A stretch of 63,744 bases of DNA, filler included, from Chiloscyllium plagiosum (GCF_004010195.1; 4 parts of one record of this genome joined end to end with filler, not necessarily neighbours in it); one strand, 5' to 3'. Positions 25,219 through 39,066 are shown, counted from the whole stretch's first letter. The notes: generated from the sequence alone by a model not told the origin. A program made the numbers and translations.

Positions 25219-25542
25219 AAATGTGATGCAATGCATAATGTAACTTAGAAATACCAGTGCATTCAGTAAATTGATACAATGTTTTAACAACAACGCCATG
25301 TACAATTTATTTACTATACCTGATGAAAGGTCCAGAGAAACATATTCAAGTTTATCCATTTTCTGCACTGGGGCTGAAATTTGAACTTCAAACATGAGTT
25401 TGCTTGTCTCTCTCAAATAACACAACCTTAGTTGAATGTTTGAATTTTCTCAGTCCTTTAGAATATTTGCAATTCCACACGTGTGCATCTGAGTTTGAAC
25501 ATACTTGTTTATTTGGGAGAAATGATGACAGTTACTGAATGA

Positions 25543-25560
25543 ACAGTGCCCTCTGCTGAA
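25543..25560 (-). promoter_or_regulatory. Candidate CTCF motif
   Basis: TCAGCAGAGGGCACTG matches the CCASYAGRKGGCRS core in unique sequence. Confidence 0.4.
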
Positions 25561-28500
25561 CAGAATTCCTGGACTAATTTTAATTAAATTTGTATTTTAC
25601 AATTCACTCCTTGAGAAATTAATGTTCTGACACGGTATTATTCTTTGCATGTTCTGTTACTAGATGTCAAAGAGGAGATTTGTAAATGAAAAATTAGAAC
25701 TCTGTAGCAAAACATTTCTCAACCTGATTTCCTCATTTTCTTTAACTTTGTAATTATACTTAAGGCATCCTATTTCAGAAAATCAGTTCCAAGAAAAGCA
25801 TGGCTACCATGGAAACACCATGCTTTGTTTTACTTGGATTCTTGATACCATCAAGTACAGAAATAGATTATTTCTTTTTAATTTTTTTCAGCTTCACATT
25901 ACCAACATTGGTTTCTTTTTTCAGAAGTAAAGAAAAATGAGCTGGAATAAAGTAGAGAAGTGCAAGAGAGAAAGAATATGAGAAAGCGGGACGAAATGAG
26001 AACAAATGAAAGGAAGACAGAAAATGTGAAACAAAGTTGTCTAAACATGAAGGGAAGGAATGAATGAATAAAACTAGACCACTGGATAAGATATTTTATA
26101 TGAAAAATATTATAATTAAATTATATATTACAGGCAAAATGTAGATTTTGCATAGTTTAAAGAATAAATTATCTTTAATCTGGGCAAATTGAGAAAATAA
26201 TTGTGCTGATATCCTGCGAAGCAATATAATGAAACCTTTCCTTGTCACATTCAATATATCAGCCACCAAATGGCCCCATAAATGGAACAAAATCACTTAA
26301 CACCCCCTTAATTTGAAACACTAGTGGCCTGGATTTTGCCGTCATCATAACACTCAGCATTTTGAGTTGGAAGATGAGATACGTAGAAATCCAGATTAGT
26401 CAGAAGCAGTCTATTGGATATATGGGACGTGTATTAAGAAGCAAGGCCGCGACTCATTTCCTTCACCAATCAGCTTGAAGAGTCATTGGTGAGTAACACA
26501 CAAACATCTAAATTGGACTGTTAGTTAGAATATTTAGTTCAACATTAAACCAGGTTTGGAAACTAAAATAAAGTGATGGAAAGAAAGATTGGATTAAAGG
26601 AGTGAGAGAGACAAAAGACAAAAAGAGAAAGGTAAATAAAATGGATACAATTATGTTCTACACTTGTGAAACAGAATTTCCAGCATTATTTAGCAGATGG
26701 TAACACTTATCAACAACAATCACTCTAAGTTGTTAGCAACTTGGCCAGGAAACAACTCATAAGTCCTTACACTGAAGGACACATGTTGGCTTTTGCAAAT
26801 TATCACATTTCCTATATATGGAAAAGTCTTGAATAGCATTGTTCACTTTAAATTGCCTAGGCTCTCTGTACAAAGAAAATATGGAAATATTAGTTATCAC
26901 AGCATTAAAAGTTTACATGGAAACATAGAATATAGGAACAGGATTTGGCTCTTTTGCCTTTTGAGGCTGTTCCACCATTCAATATGATCATGTCTGAAAA
27001 TCAGCTGCTTTCTATGGCAGAGATTTCCACAGGCTCACCACTCTCTGGATGAACAAATTACTCTTCATTTCAGCTCTCAATGCCTACCCTCTACTTTTAG
27101 ACTATGAATCTTGAGTTAACAATCCTAACTTTTTCAGGTGAATGTAGTAAGCAATTATTGAGTAAACATTACAACTTCACATTCCCCGGGAATTTTATCA
27201 TCAAACATTCCAGGGAGATATTGGGTTAGCAAAGATTTGCATAATTGAGCATAGCAAAGCACAGTGTAAACCATACAGGAATTCCCGGTTTTCAGTTTGA
27301 TTCATTCAGGTGCAAACTTTGAAACTTGTTCTCTAATTAATGAATGCAATACCCGGCAATAGTTTATGTGTTGAGAATACAATGCTTTGATGCCATTACC
27401 GTATGAGTGAGTTTTGTTTATCAAGTAAGTAAACTTCATACATATCAACATGAACAAAACCTTCAATGGAAAACCTGATGGGTCAGAACCAGTTGTAAAT
27501 CTTACATGTATAAAACATGAAGACCAGGGGCAGAATTTTATCATAATTTCTCCTCGTCCCTCACAGAAACCTTGGCCGATATTTAACAGCAAACCATTTT
27601 CACCAAAATTACGATGGCATTTTTTATTACAGGCAGTTAAAATGAAAATGTTTTCCCTTTCTGCTAACTTGCAAATAAATACCTCCGTTAATTTCAACAG
27701 TGAGGATGTATCATGTTCAAAAGACATTAGATCTCTTATGTACTTGATCACATAACAGGCTATTGATTTTAACCACTCAAAGTAAACATCTTGGTAAAAG
27801 GTTTGAATACTTGAACATAGCAATTGCAGGTAGCATGCAGCACAGCAAGATGATATTGTGAATTGATATGAAACACTAATTTGCTGTCACCATTACTAAA
27901 CCAACATGCCACTAGTGTTAACCTTGCTCAGATGAACATGACCCTGTAATGAAATGAATAACTCACACTGACACGAAATCAAACAGATCTTGCTGTGAAT
28001 GAAAGTTAGTTTCTTGAGGAGTGAAATGTGATTTTTGTAGTATTTCTATATTTGATTCCCTTGCAATTTTCTCTTTCATTACGGCCTAAGAGGGAGAGCT
28101 GAATTAAATTGTGTATTCTCTCTCCTCCTCTGCCTATAGATGATCTTTAATTTATTTTACATTTTTCTTTTCATTTTAAATGTAGACTATACCATTTTCC
28201 CAAATTCTGAGAAGTCCAAGTTTCTAACTAAGGGCTGAATCTTACCAGAAATTGGCTAAGTGCCATGTTTGACGCGTTACATTGAAAGTTTCCCTCCATG
28301 AATCTGGTGAGTTTTCTTGCATTATCATTCCCAACTCATCTCACTATCAAGTTACCCCAATCATCGGGTGTTAGTCTGATTTTCCCATTAGGGTTAGGCA
28401 GAGGAACTCATCACTGATGGGAGAACCCAGCAGTGTGCGTGTTTTTTTATCTTCAATCACAGGATATGGGCATTATTGGTTGGGCTATCATTTATTGCCC

Positions 28501-29816
28501 ATCCTTGGATGCCCTTGAGAAGATGGTGGTCAGCTGTCTTCTTGAACCACTGCAGTCCATTTAGTGTCAGTAGACTCTCAATGGTGTTAGGGAGGACATT
28601 CCAGGATGTTTATCCAGTAACACTGAAAGAACGGCAATATATTTCTAAGTCAAGATGGCGAGGGTAACATATAAGTGGTAGTGTTCCCACACATCCGTTG
28701 CAGTTATGCTGCTAGATAGAAGTGGTCATGGGTTTGGAAAGGACTGTCGAAAGTGCCCTGTTGAATTTCTGCAGTGCAGATCTTATAGATAGCACACACT
28801 GCTGCTATTAAGCATCAGTGATAGAGAGAGTGAATAATTGTGAATGTTGGCTGCTTTGTCCTGATTGGTATCATGTTTCTTGAGTGTTGTTGGAGCTACA
28901 TTCATCCAGGCAAGTAGGGATATTCCATCACACTCCTGCTTTGTGCCTTGTGGTTGGTGGACATGCTTTAGGGAGTCAGGAGGTGGGTTACTCGCGGCAG
29001 TATTCCTAGCTTCTGACCTGCTCATATATCCACTGTATTTATATGGCAAGTCCAGGTCAGTTTCTGGTCAATGGTATTGATAATGGCTTTCGTTGATGTG
29101 ATGGCATTGTCTGGCATTTGTATGCTATAAATGTTACTTACAACATTTCAGACCAATCCTGAATCATAGAGTCATAGAGTCCTACAGCACAGAGACAGAC
29201 CCTTTGGCCCAAACTGGTCCACGCCGACTAAAATGTCCATCCACACTAACCCCATTTCCCTGCACTTGGCCCATATCCTTCTTAAGCTTTTCTATCCATG
29301 TATCAGTCCAAATGCCTTTTAAATATTGTTAATGTACTTGCCTCAACACTTTCATTGGCAGCTCATTCCATATGCATACCACCCTCCGTGTAAAAAATGT
29401 TGCCCCTCAGGTTCCCTTTTATTGTTTTCCTCTTTAACCCTAAGCTGATGGCCTCTTGTCCTCGATTCCCCAACTCTGGGAAAATGACTGAGAGCATTCA
29501 CTTTATCCATGCTCTCATGATCTTATAGACTTATATAAGATTCCCCCCTCAGTCTCCTATGCTCTAAAGAAAACAGTTCTGAATATTTCCAGATTTTTCT
29601 GTTTTTGAGTATAGACTGCTTTAGCACCTGAGGACTTGTGAGTGATGCTGTACGTTATGCAGTCATCAGCGAACATCCCCACATCTGATCTTATGATACA
29701 AAGAAGTCGTCAATGAAGCTGCTGAAGATTGTTGAGCCTAGGACACTACTCTGAGGAACTTCTACAGAAATGTCCTGAAACTAAGATGACTGACGTCCAA
29801 CATCTACAACCATCTA

Positions 29817-30125
29817 CAGCACTGCTACCTCACAGAGCCAGGGACCCAAGCTCAATTTTGCCCTCAGGTGACTGCCTGTATGGTGTTTGTACATTCTCCC
29901 CATGTCTGCGTTGGTTTTCTCTGGATGGTCTGGTTCCCTCCCATAGACCAAGATGTGCAGGTTAGGTGGATTGGCCATGCTAAATTGTTCTTAGTGTTCA
30001 GAGGTGTACAGACGATGTGGATTAAACATTGAAAATGCAGGGATAGGGTAGGAGCTCTTCAGAGGGTCAGCATGGACTTGATGGGCTGAATGGCCTGCTC
30101 CCAGCCTGTAGGGATTCTGTGATTC
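29817..30125 (+). mobile_element. HE1 SINE
   Basis: tRNA head remnant, V-domain, CR1-like tail. Confidence 0.88.
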
Positions 30126-30224
30126 ATGATCTCCAACCTGTGGAGAGTTTTCCCTCTGATACACTCTGAATCAAACTTTGCAAGAGCTTCATGATGCCAC
30201 ACTCAGTCGAATGCAACCTTGATG

Positions 30225-30325
30225 AAGGGCTAGATTCCTGATGAAAGGCTTATGCCCGAAACATCGATTCTCCTGCTCCTCAAAATGCTGCCTGACCTGC
30301 TGTGCTTTTCCACACCACACTCTCG
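30225..30325 (+). mobile_element. Short family-A hammerhead/pLTR insertion
   Basis: CTGATGAAAGGCTTATGCCCGAAACATC; flanking ACCTTGATG duplication. Confidence 0.85.
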
Positions 30326-32554
30326 ACCTTGATGTCAAGGGCTGTCACTCTCACCTCCCCTCTGAAACTCAGCTCTTTTGTCCATGTTTGAACCAAGGCT
30401 GTAATGAGCTCAGGAGCTGAGTGGCCTGGTGGAATCCAAACTGGGTGTCACTGAGCAGGTTATTGCTGAGCAGGCCCTGCCTGATAGCTCTGTTGATGAC
30501 ACCTTCCATCACTTTTCTGATGATCAAGAGTAGACTGATGGAGTGGTAATTGGTGGGTTGGATGTGTCCTGCTTTTTGTGGACATGAGAATACCTAAGAA
30601 TTTCCCATATGGTCCAGGGAATGCCAGAGTTGTAACCACATTGGAACAGCATAGCAATTTGGCAAATTCAGGAGCACAAATCTTCAGGATAATAGCTGGA
30701 AAGTTGTCATGGCCCTTGGTCTTTGCAGTATTAAGTGCCTCCAGCCATTTCTTGATAGCACACGATAGTGAATCAAATTGGTTGATAATTGGCATTTGTG
30801 ATCCTGGAGACTTTTGGAGGAGGCTGAAATGTATCATCCACTTGGCAATTCTTGCTAAAAATTGTGATGAATGTCTCAGAGTTTTCTTTTGCGCTCTTGT
30901 GCTGGGTTGAAGATGCAGATGTTTGTGGAGACTCCACCTCCAGTGAGTTGTTTAATTATCCACCAGCGTTGACTGGATGTTGCAAGACTGCAGAGCTTAG
31001 GCCTGCTCCGATAGTTGTAGGATCACTTTGCTCTGACTATCACTTGCTGCTTTTGTTGTTGGGCATGCGTGTAATTCTGTTTTGTAGCTTTGTCAAGTTG
31101 ACACCTCATCTTCAGGTATGCCTGGTCCTGCTCCTGGTGTGCCCTCCTGCACTCTCCCTTGGCTTGGAGGTAATGGTTGAGTGGACGATCTGCTGGACTA
31201 TGAGATTGCATAATTGTACTGGAGCACAATTAACCTACTGCTTATTGCCCATAGTGCCTTATGGATGCTGAGTCTTGAGTTCCTATACCTATCTTTCCCA
31301 TTTAGCACAGCGATAGTGCCACACAACACAATGGAGGGTTTTCTCAGGATTTTGTCTGCATAAGGACTGTGCAGTGGTCATTCTTACTGATACTGTCAGC
31401 AGTCAGCAGATTGTTAAGGATGAGAACAAGTTTGTTTTTTCCTTCTGGTGTTTTCCTCATCACCTGCTGTCTGCCTGATAACCTGCTAAACTTCTTTAAC
31501 GTTTAGTGGATATTAATGGCCTACCTTCATTGATAGCCCCGAGGAATGAGTCAACTGACCCCATGGCCCTGACTGTCTATACTGACATTGGAGCCTGTCC
31601 TATGACTTCCTGTGCTGGAGGCCCCTGACTGAAGGATCTTTCTTGACTTTACTGAGGACTACTCCCTTTAGACATGGCTACTCATTTGATACACATACAA
31701 TGTGCTTGGTGAATACATGGTGGCCTGTGTGAGATTGAGTTAGCACAATGCTGTGCAGCAACATATCCACCCCCTTGACTGATGACAATCATGACAAGCT
31801 CTCTAGCTGTCTGTCTGTGTTAAACTGCAAGAAAAGATGGATGTTTTTGAGTCTTTAAGCTCTGAAGAAGTAAAGTGCAGAAAGACAAAGCAGGAATGAT
31901 GTGAGCACCAGGGCAGATTTAGACAGTGTTAGCACTGAACAAATGAGCAAGGAGGTCACCTAGTCCAAACAGAAAGGGGTGCCAATCCCTGTATGCAGCA
32001 CATTTTTGCTGTAGCAGCCCTTTGAAAGGTGCCAATGCTTTCCAAAATGCAGTGTTGAAATGCAGAGGTATCAAAATCAGAGATGAGCCATATGATGGGG
32101 TGAGACTGTCACGTGTTGGATGATAATATCTGTGGACATTGGATGCATGTCATTGATGTTCACGGAATAAGCCTTAATACATTGGCACCTAGTGTCCTAG
32201 ATAGAGGCCAGGAGGATCATGAAGTGAACTGGAGTCACCACATAAATGTTCTGATTTAATCCTTGGCAGTAATTCTTGGCATCTTGTTTCTATATGGTAG
32301 ATGGGAGAATAGGTTACTGCATGTTAATGATGTGAGATTAACTAGTAAAGAGGGTGACGATGATCAATAATCCATATACATAATTTTCGTGCTGCTCATT
32401 AGTGAGAATCATGTCACACCATCCAATACTTGTTGAGAAGTGGGATTGTTTACTCTTGAAATTGAGTACAAACTGGACATCTGACCCAATTGTCCTAACT
32501 TCCTCATCATAGCCCATGTTGTTCAGAGTCGAGGAAGATTATACCCGTAGTGAG

Positions 32555-33175
32555 GTTTAATTGGCATTCAAAAGCTGAGGGAATGATTCATGACACATAT
32601 TCATATACATATAGATCCAGGATAGGAAAAAGGGAAGAAGTTGCAAATTACAAACCATTTAAAATCAAAGATATCAGAATTAGTTCACATGAATTAGAGA
32701 GTCCAGTAAGTCAATGTCCAGTTAAGGTTCTACAAGTTGCCTGAACACAGAAGTAGGAGATTAATTGCAGTCAAATTACCGATGAAGGTGCAGTGATTGT
32801 CAACTAAGAATTGGTTCACCTCACAGATGAAATGTGTGTTTCTTTCCAGAAATCATACTTTTGAGAGATATTGAGATCAGAGGCAATTGTTCAGCCTGGA
32901 AATTCTTAATCTCAAATGTCAAAACAGTTTGAGGAAAAGTATTAAAGCTGTATGGTTAAAGGGGATTCAAACAAGCCAGTAGTTTTAATCAATAGTTTAG
33001 TAGTTATAGGAGCTTTGGTCTTCTGTTGAGACTCCTAGCCAACAAAGTGATATTGATGTTTCCTCATCAGAAGCCATTATATTTTGCAGCAGATAATTGA
33101 GGAGACTGCTGTGAGTGTAACATTTACCCAATGATGCCTCAGAATGAGGAGTCTCCTAGGAACAGGTAAGTGATC
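32555..33175 (+). pseudogene. Putative viral L protein post-RdRp relic, EVE piece 5
   Basis: Coding-like frame ...IRISSHELESPVSQCPVKVLQVA*; P..VL pattern; same strand and order as the other pieces. Confidence 0.4.
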
Positions 33176-33561
33176 GCAGAAGAACATGTATGGTGTGGAT
33201 TTCAGGAGTGAGGGGGAATGAGAAATCAATAGTGGCATCCAATAAACACATGGAATAAAATTGATTTTTTTTTCACTAACAATCTGTCATTTGGTTTAAA
33301 ATTCTAATTGACATACTGAAAAGATGTTGGTTGACATGCCTGGATCTAATTATAAAACCACTGCATCACACTGTAAACTCTCCCTAACAACAAGAATAGG
33401 GTCCTCTCACATTGACTATACAGTTGTAATTAAATCTGTCCATTATCTCTTCAGATTTCTTCCTCACTACCTTTTCTAAGCTGATATAACTTAAAAATAT
33501 TTCGTAAAAATGTCATGATGGAATACAATGCACTTACTAACCTGTAAAACATTGCACAAGC

Positions 33562-33797
33562 CATAAGACATAAGACAAAGGAGCAGAAATTAGACCATTC
33601 AGCCCATCAAGTCTGCTCTGCCATTCAATCATGGTTGGTAAATTTCTTAAACCCAATCTCCTGCTTTCTCCCTGTAACCTTTGATCTCCTTGATACTCAA
33701 GAAACTATCTATTTTAGTCTTAAATACACTCAATGACCTGCCCTCCACAGCCTTCTGTGGCAATGAATTCCAGAGATTCACTACTGTTTGGCTGAAT
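33562..33797 (-). mobile_element. CR1 3' end
   Basis: CATAAGA tail repeats and 3'UTR like 63.5 kb. Confidence 0.8.
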
Positions 33798-34670
33798 AAC
33801 CTGCTCAGTGATGCCCTCGTTGGGTATCACAATGGCCCCCACTCGGCTCCTGACCTCATTACAGCCTTGCTTCAAACATGCACAAAGAGCTGAATTCCAG
33901 AAGGGAGGTGAGAGTGACAGCCCTTAATATCAAAGTTGCATTTGACTGAATGTGACATTTAGGTGCTTTAGCAAAACTGGAATCAATGAGTATCAGAGGC
34001 AAACTCTCCGGTGATTAGAGTCATAGCTAATACATAGGAAGATGGTTATGCTTGTTGGAGCTCAGTCATCTCAGCTCCAGGACATCCCTGCAGGAGTTCC
34101 TCAGAATAGTGTCCGAGGCCCAACCGCCTTCATCAACTTCATCAATGACCTTCCCTCCATAAGGTCAGAAGTGGGGATATTCACAGATAATTGCATAATG
34201 TTCAGCACCATTCACAACTCCTCAGATACTGAAGCAGTCCATATTCAAATGTGACAGGATCTGGACAATGTACAAGCTTTGGTCTGACAAATAACAAATG
34301 ACATTGGTAACACACAAATGCCAGGCAATGACCATCTTCAATAAAAGACAATCTCACCACCACCCTTTCACATTCAATGGTGTTAGCTTCACTGAATTCC
34401 CCCCTATCAATATGCTGGGTGTTACCATTGACCAGAAACTCAGCTGGATTCATCATATATGCATTATAGCAACAAAAGCAGGTCAGAGGCTAGGAATACT
34501 GCTGCAAGTAACTCACCTCCTGACTCCCAATGTTGTCTACAATTTACAAAGCACAAGTCAGGATTGTGATGGAAGATTCCTCACTTGCCTGGATGGGTGC
34601 AGCTCCAACAGCACTCAAGAGACTTGATACCATTTGAGATGACGCAGCCCATTTGATTGGCACCACGTCA
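33798..34670 (+). mobile_element. Second CR1/L2-group LINE family, RT fragment
   Basis: AGVPQNSVRGPTAFINFINDLP..IFTDN; HKCQAMTI. Confidence 0.9.
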
Positions 34671-35334
34671 AAAGATCAAAAGAATAAAAGAATGTAAAGA
34701 TTACATCACAATCTTAATGCCTTTAATTTGGACTATGATATTTTATTTACTTCATTCTTACACAGGATTAAATTGATGCAAAGTGTTTTGCAAATTAGGC
34801 TATATTGACTGACAAACTCATGGTAATAATGACTCTAATATCTGATAGTAGGTGATGGGGTCGGTGGGGTGTTGTTGGGGCTGACAAAGTCAGAGAGGGT
34901 GCTCCACTCCACAGGAAGGAGATCCCCTTGATCTCTCCACATTCCTTAGGACTGAATTCCACAGGCAGAGTTCTTCCTGAATCTCTCCCAAACCACCAGC
35001 TCTGGAATCCTGCCTCAGCACTGATATTGAGCTCCTCCAAATCACTCCCCCAACTCCCTATCTCTACCCCTCCCCCTGACTTTTTTATGTAAAGCCAGAA
35101 ATATAAAGGGAGAATTAAAACGTGGAATGACAATGGAAGGGACAGAGGGGGAAATACACAGAGTCTGTACTTGGCTCCCTGCAACACCAACTTCCACCCC
35201 ACCAACCGCTTCCCCCCCCCCCCCCAACCCCCCCNNNNNNNNNNNNNNNNNNNNNNNNNNNNNNNNNNNNNNNNNNNNTTAATTAATTAANNNNNNNNNN
35301 NNNNNNNNNNNNNNNNNNNNNNNNNNNNNNNNNN

Positions 35335-35508
35335 CCCTCCTCTAGCTTATCTCTCCACGCTTCAGGCTCTCTGCCTTTATTCCTGATGAAGGGCTTTTGC
35401 CCGAAACGTCGATTTCACTGCTCCTTGGATGCTGCCTGAACTGCTGAGCTCTTCCAGCACCACTGATCCAGAATCTGGTTTCCAGCATCTGCAGTCATTG
35501 TTTTCATC
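35335..35508 (+). mobile_element. PLE pLTR family A with intact hammerhead (35383-35410)
   Basis: CTGATGAAGGGCTTTTGCCCGAAACGTC. Confidence 0.9.
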
Positions 35509-36269
35509 TCAGAGCTTGTTTAAAGCCCACCCTCTGCAACCCACCCCCCCACCCCATGACGGCACTAGCGAAGCAGACCATGAGGAATTCAGTCTCAGCT
35601 CTCTTCAGCCATAACCCGTCCGGCTTGTGCAGCTGCCTTCTCCAGGCAGGAATTTGAAGGTTCCCCCACCCCTCCCATACCAGCCTTGCTGGACAAATAG
35701 GCTTGATCTTCCACAAAAGTTAGAACATTTAATTTTAGATGAAGGCAAATTGTGCAGGGAGTTGATAGGAACATTTACCAAGTCAAGAACATCAGAGCAT
35801 GGGAAGTCAGATGCCACACTCCCCCACCCACTTACAAAAGAAAGATGATGTTGTATTCAAGAATCACATTCGTGTGAGCTCCAGAGATGGACTTAAAGTA
35901 ATATTTGACTTTTGCTTGTCAAATGGTAATGACATTTGCCCCCAACCCCTGGAACTCCAGGAGGAACTTTGCTTAAGGGCACATTCAAGTATACTCTGAA
36001 ATGTCCCCTGGGATTACTGGCAAGAAATTGTGAAGCCTGAATAACTAACTATGAAAGATTTATCAAATGCTCTCACTCCACTTAGTGGCTGGAATGAGAA
36101 CAACATGTTAGCATCCTACTAACAAGTTATTTGACTGCGTAAATAGTCCTGCTTGAGATATAAAGAATACAGAATACAAAATGCTCCCTTATGCATATTT
36201 CATGATAGTTTTCCACACATTAATTTTATTGCTTAATTTTCTCCATGTCTTTATCCCAGTCTCCACATA

Positions 36270-36610
36270 CCAGGCCTTGTTATCATATGGTCTGTTATTA
36301 CACACTACCCATTGTTAGCCACTAACAGTCTCCATTAGCAGCCATTTGTTCTTCATGGCTGACCATTTTCTACTCCTTTGTCTGTCCAATAGTTCTGCTC
36401 TCCCTTTGGGCTCCAACTCCACCTACTTTTACACCCCCCCCCCCAGCCCCCCTCTCTATCTTCTGCATAAAAAACATTTTCCCATCTACTATGAGTTCTG
36501 AAGAAGGGTCGCAGGATTTCTCTCCACAGATGCTGCCAGACCTGCTGAGAGTTTCCAGCCATTTCTGTTTTTGTTTTTGACTTACAGCATCTGCACTTCT
36601 GTTGGGTTTT
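36270..36610 (+). mobile_element. PLE pLTR family C, hammerhead partly deleted
   Basis: Homologous to the reverse complement of 61172-61570; CTGAAGAAGGGTC remnant at 36498. Confidence 0.7.
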
Positions 36611-36884
36611 AAAAAAATGTAATTGCTTTACTTTTGCAAATATTACCCTTGTGGTCAATTTAGTTAATAAAAACAATTTTACAAGTCAGACAATGTCTTT
36701 TCTCAATAGTAATATAAGATTCCATGCAATTCATTTTCTCCAACATTAATTGCATATTAATTTTAAAATGAATATAGTTTACAGCTCAGGGTCCAATTGA
36801 TTAATGAGCTGGGATATGCACTTGATGATCAAAATTCAAATCAGCATATTCCTAGAATGGTTAAGCTAATCCATTATATCTAGC

Positions 36885-37028
36885 TTCTGGATCAGTGGTG
36901 CTGGAAGAGCACAGCAATTCAGGCAGCATCCGAAAAGCTTCTTTCGGATGCTGCCTGAATTGCTGTGCTCTTCCAGCACCACTGATCCAGAATCTGGTTT
37001 CCAGCATCTGCAGTCATTGTTTTTACCT
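36885..37028. repeat. Perfect 51-bp-arm hairpin derived from family-A pLTR
   Basis: 36885-36935 vs 36942-36992; 14-bp TSD CATTATATCTAGCT. Confidence 0.92.
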
Positions 37029-38087
37029 CATTATATCTAGCTGTCAATAGCAGCTGGAATATTAAGCGAGATGTGGGACATTTTAGGGATTCTGCCCATC
37101 AGAAACATGGCAGTGGCACCTTGAAAATACAGAGCTGTGGGTTCCATTCTCAATGACTAACAACATCGTTGGCACTAGAGAGTAATGTGGTGATCATGCG
37201 GGGTGTCTACCTGAGACACGTGGTCACCCCCTTTGTTTGTGTATATTGTAGTTCTGCAATCAGGCAATCTCAGTTGACAGTTTAGGATTTAGCCTAGGGG
37301 AGCAATTGCACTGTTAAGCCAGCAATGTTTCAGCTGATACCTCAGCTAAAGCAGATGCCAGAAGGGAAGGTTTGTTTTACTTTTGTCAGGTGTGCTATCT
37401 TTGATGACCTGTGCGACCTACTGGGTCATATGATTTTTGTGGGCCATCTGCCTGTATGAGTGGACAGCTGGCTAACAGGCTATTCCTGATGTCTATTCAA
37501 ACTGACTGGGCTAGCATTTGAAGGGGAGTTTGGCTGTTCTCACTTGAGAGTTTTGTCTGGGAAGTAAAGCATCTGCTCACATTTTAAAATACTGTTTAGG
37601 AAGAACAACTCTTCATTCCTCACTGCCACGAAGGAGTTGCAGAGTTAACGTGACGAGCAATACTAAAAGTGAAATTAGACAAATCATTACTAATTTGAAA
37701 AACAAAAGCAATATTTCACAGTTTTACATCTTCTTTCTATTTTGGTATTTTACTTGTAACATTAAAAGGAAAGCTCATTATTACTGGAGTGTTGTACAGT
37801 ACAATACAATGAAAATGTTTCATAGGCTAAATATGTGCCACAATTACCCAATCCCATTGAAGTCTTCTTAAAACAAGTTTAAAACAATTTTCCAAAGTCA
37901 GTGATAAAAGAAAATCAGATGGGCTTGTTTACTAACACATCTCCACAATTTAACTCATTAAGGCTAGGAATCATTCTGTTAAATTTGTACTCCCTCCCAG
38001 TCCAGTATATATTTCCTAACATTTACCAATACTGAAGACAATTTTCCAGACAAGATCCAACCAAGGTTTTGTACAACTGAAGCATAG

Positions 38088-39066
38088 AACATAGAACATA
38101 GAAGAATACAGCGCAGTACAGGCCCTTTGGCCCTCGATGTTGCACCGATCCAAGCCCACCAAACCTACACTAGCCCACTATCCTCCATATGCCTATCCAA
38201 TGCACGTTTAAATGCCCATAATGAAGGAGAGTCCACCACTGCTACTGGCAGGGCATTCCATGAACTCACGACTCGCTGAGTAAAGAATCTACCCCTAACA
38301 TCTGTCCTATACCTACCCCCCCTTAATTTAAAGCTATGCCCCCTTGTAATAGACTGAAAATTACTAGGTCATCAATGTGCAGCACACAATTAGGTAATCC
38401 ATAAACGATGGTATAGCTCGTCTTTGAAACATGGCGGGCGCATTTCACATACCAAGTGGCATGACCTTAAACTGCTAAATTCCTTTCAGTTTCACAAAAG
38501 CCGAAATTCCCTTAGCTCTTTTAGATAAAGGCATCGGCCAGTCTTATCTGACGTTCTTTCCCTCTGGCATTCTTACCAAATAATTCAACTCGCCCACTCT
38601 CCTTTTGAGTAGGTGAAGGTCCACGAAACCTTGCTTTTAAAGGGTCACCGAGCACTGGATATGCGACTGACACTTAATTCTCTAAATAGCATTGACGGCA
38701 AACCCTCAACATGGATTTTAAAGTTTAATGCCACCGTTTTAATGCTCGCAGTGATTTTGAATGGTACGCATTGGGCTTGAATTTTATTATTTTTGCAGCT
38801 ATCAGCAACTTCCATGAACAATTTCGAAGTACAATCTGATGGTAACCCTCTGCATGGATCTGATCAATGAACCTTTGCCATCAACTACTACCCTCTGTCT
38901 TCTTCCAGCCAGCCAACTCCTAATCCAAACCTCCAACTCACCCTCAATGCCATACCTCCGTATTTTTTGCAGTAGTCTACCATGGGGAACCTTATCAAAT
39001 GCCTTACTAAAATCCATATACACCACATCTACTGCTTTCCCCTCGTCCACCTCCTTAGTCACCTCC
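38088..39066 (-). mobile_element. Young CR1 (RT part 38868-39066; 3' end 38088-38353) with internal foreign segment
   Basis: VDVVYMDFSKAFDKVPHGRLL; (CATAGAA)n tail. Confidence 0.9.
38354..38868 (-). mobile_element. Condensed Gmr1-like Ty3/Gypsy pol fragment (integrase upstream of RT)
   Basis: AYHSKSLRALKRWH*TLKSMLR (IN core), GDPLKARFRGP/ELNYLV (GPY/F), ISAFV..QFKVMPLGM*NAPAMFQR, GLPNCVLHIDDLVIFS (RT). Confidence 0.88.

Larger units (their letters stand above)
28440..31480 (-). mobile_element. Second CR1/L2-group LINE family, degraded, with nested CR1 (29161-29580), HE1 SINE and hammerhead repeat
   Basis: IKKWLEALNTAKTKGHDNFPAIILKICAPE, LAWMNVAPTTLKKHDTNQDKAA, reverse 3' tail. Confidence 0.88.

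Noticed and set aside
25320..25344. CTGATGA...GAAAC hammerhead-like string
   Set aside because: Stem II cannot pair and there is no pLTR context
27302..27823. 173-aa minus ORF and overlapping 101-aa plus ORF
   Set aside because: No recognisable domain or convincing splice context; likely chance
33060..33171. Candidate host exon ending CAG|GTAAGT
   Set aside because: Stops in all three frames from the plausible acceptors
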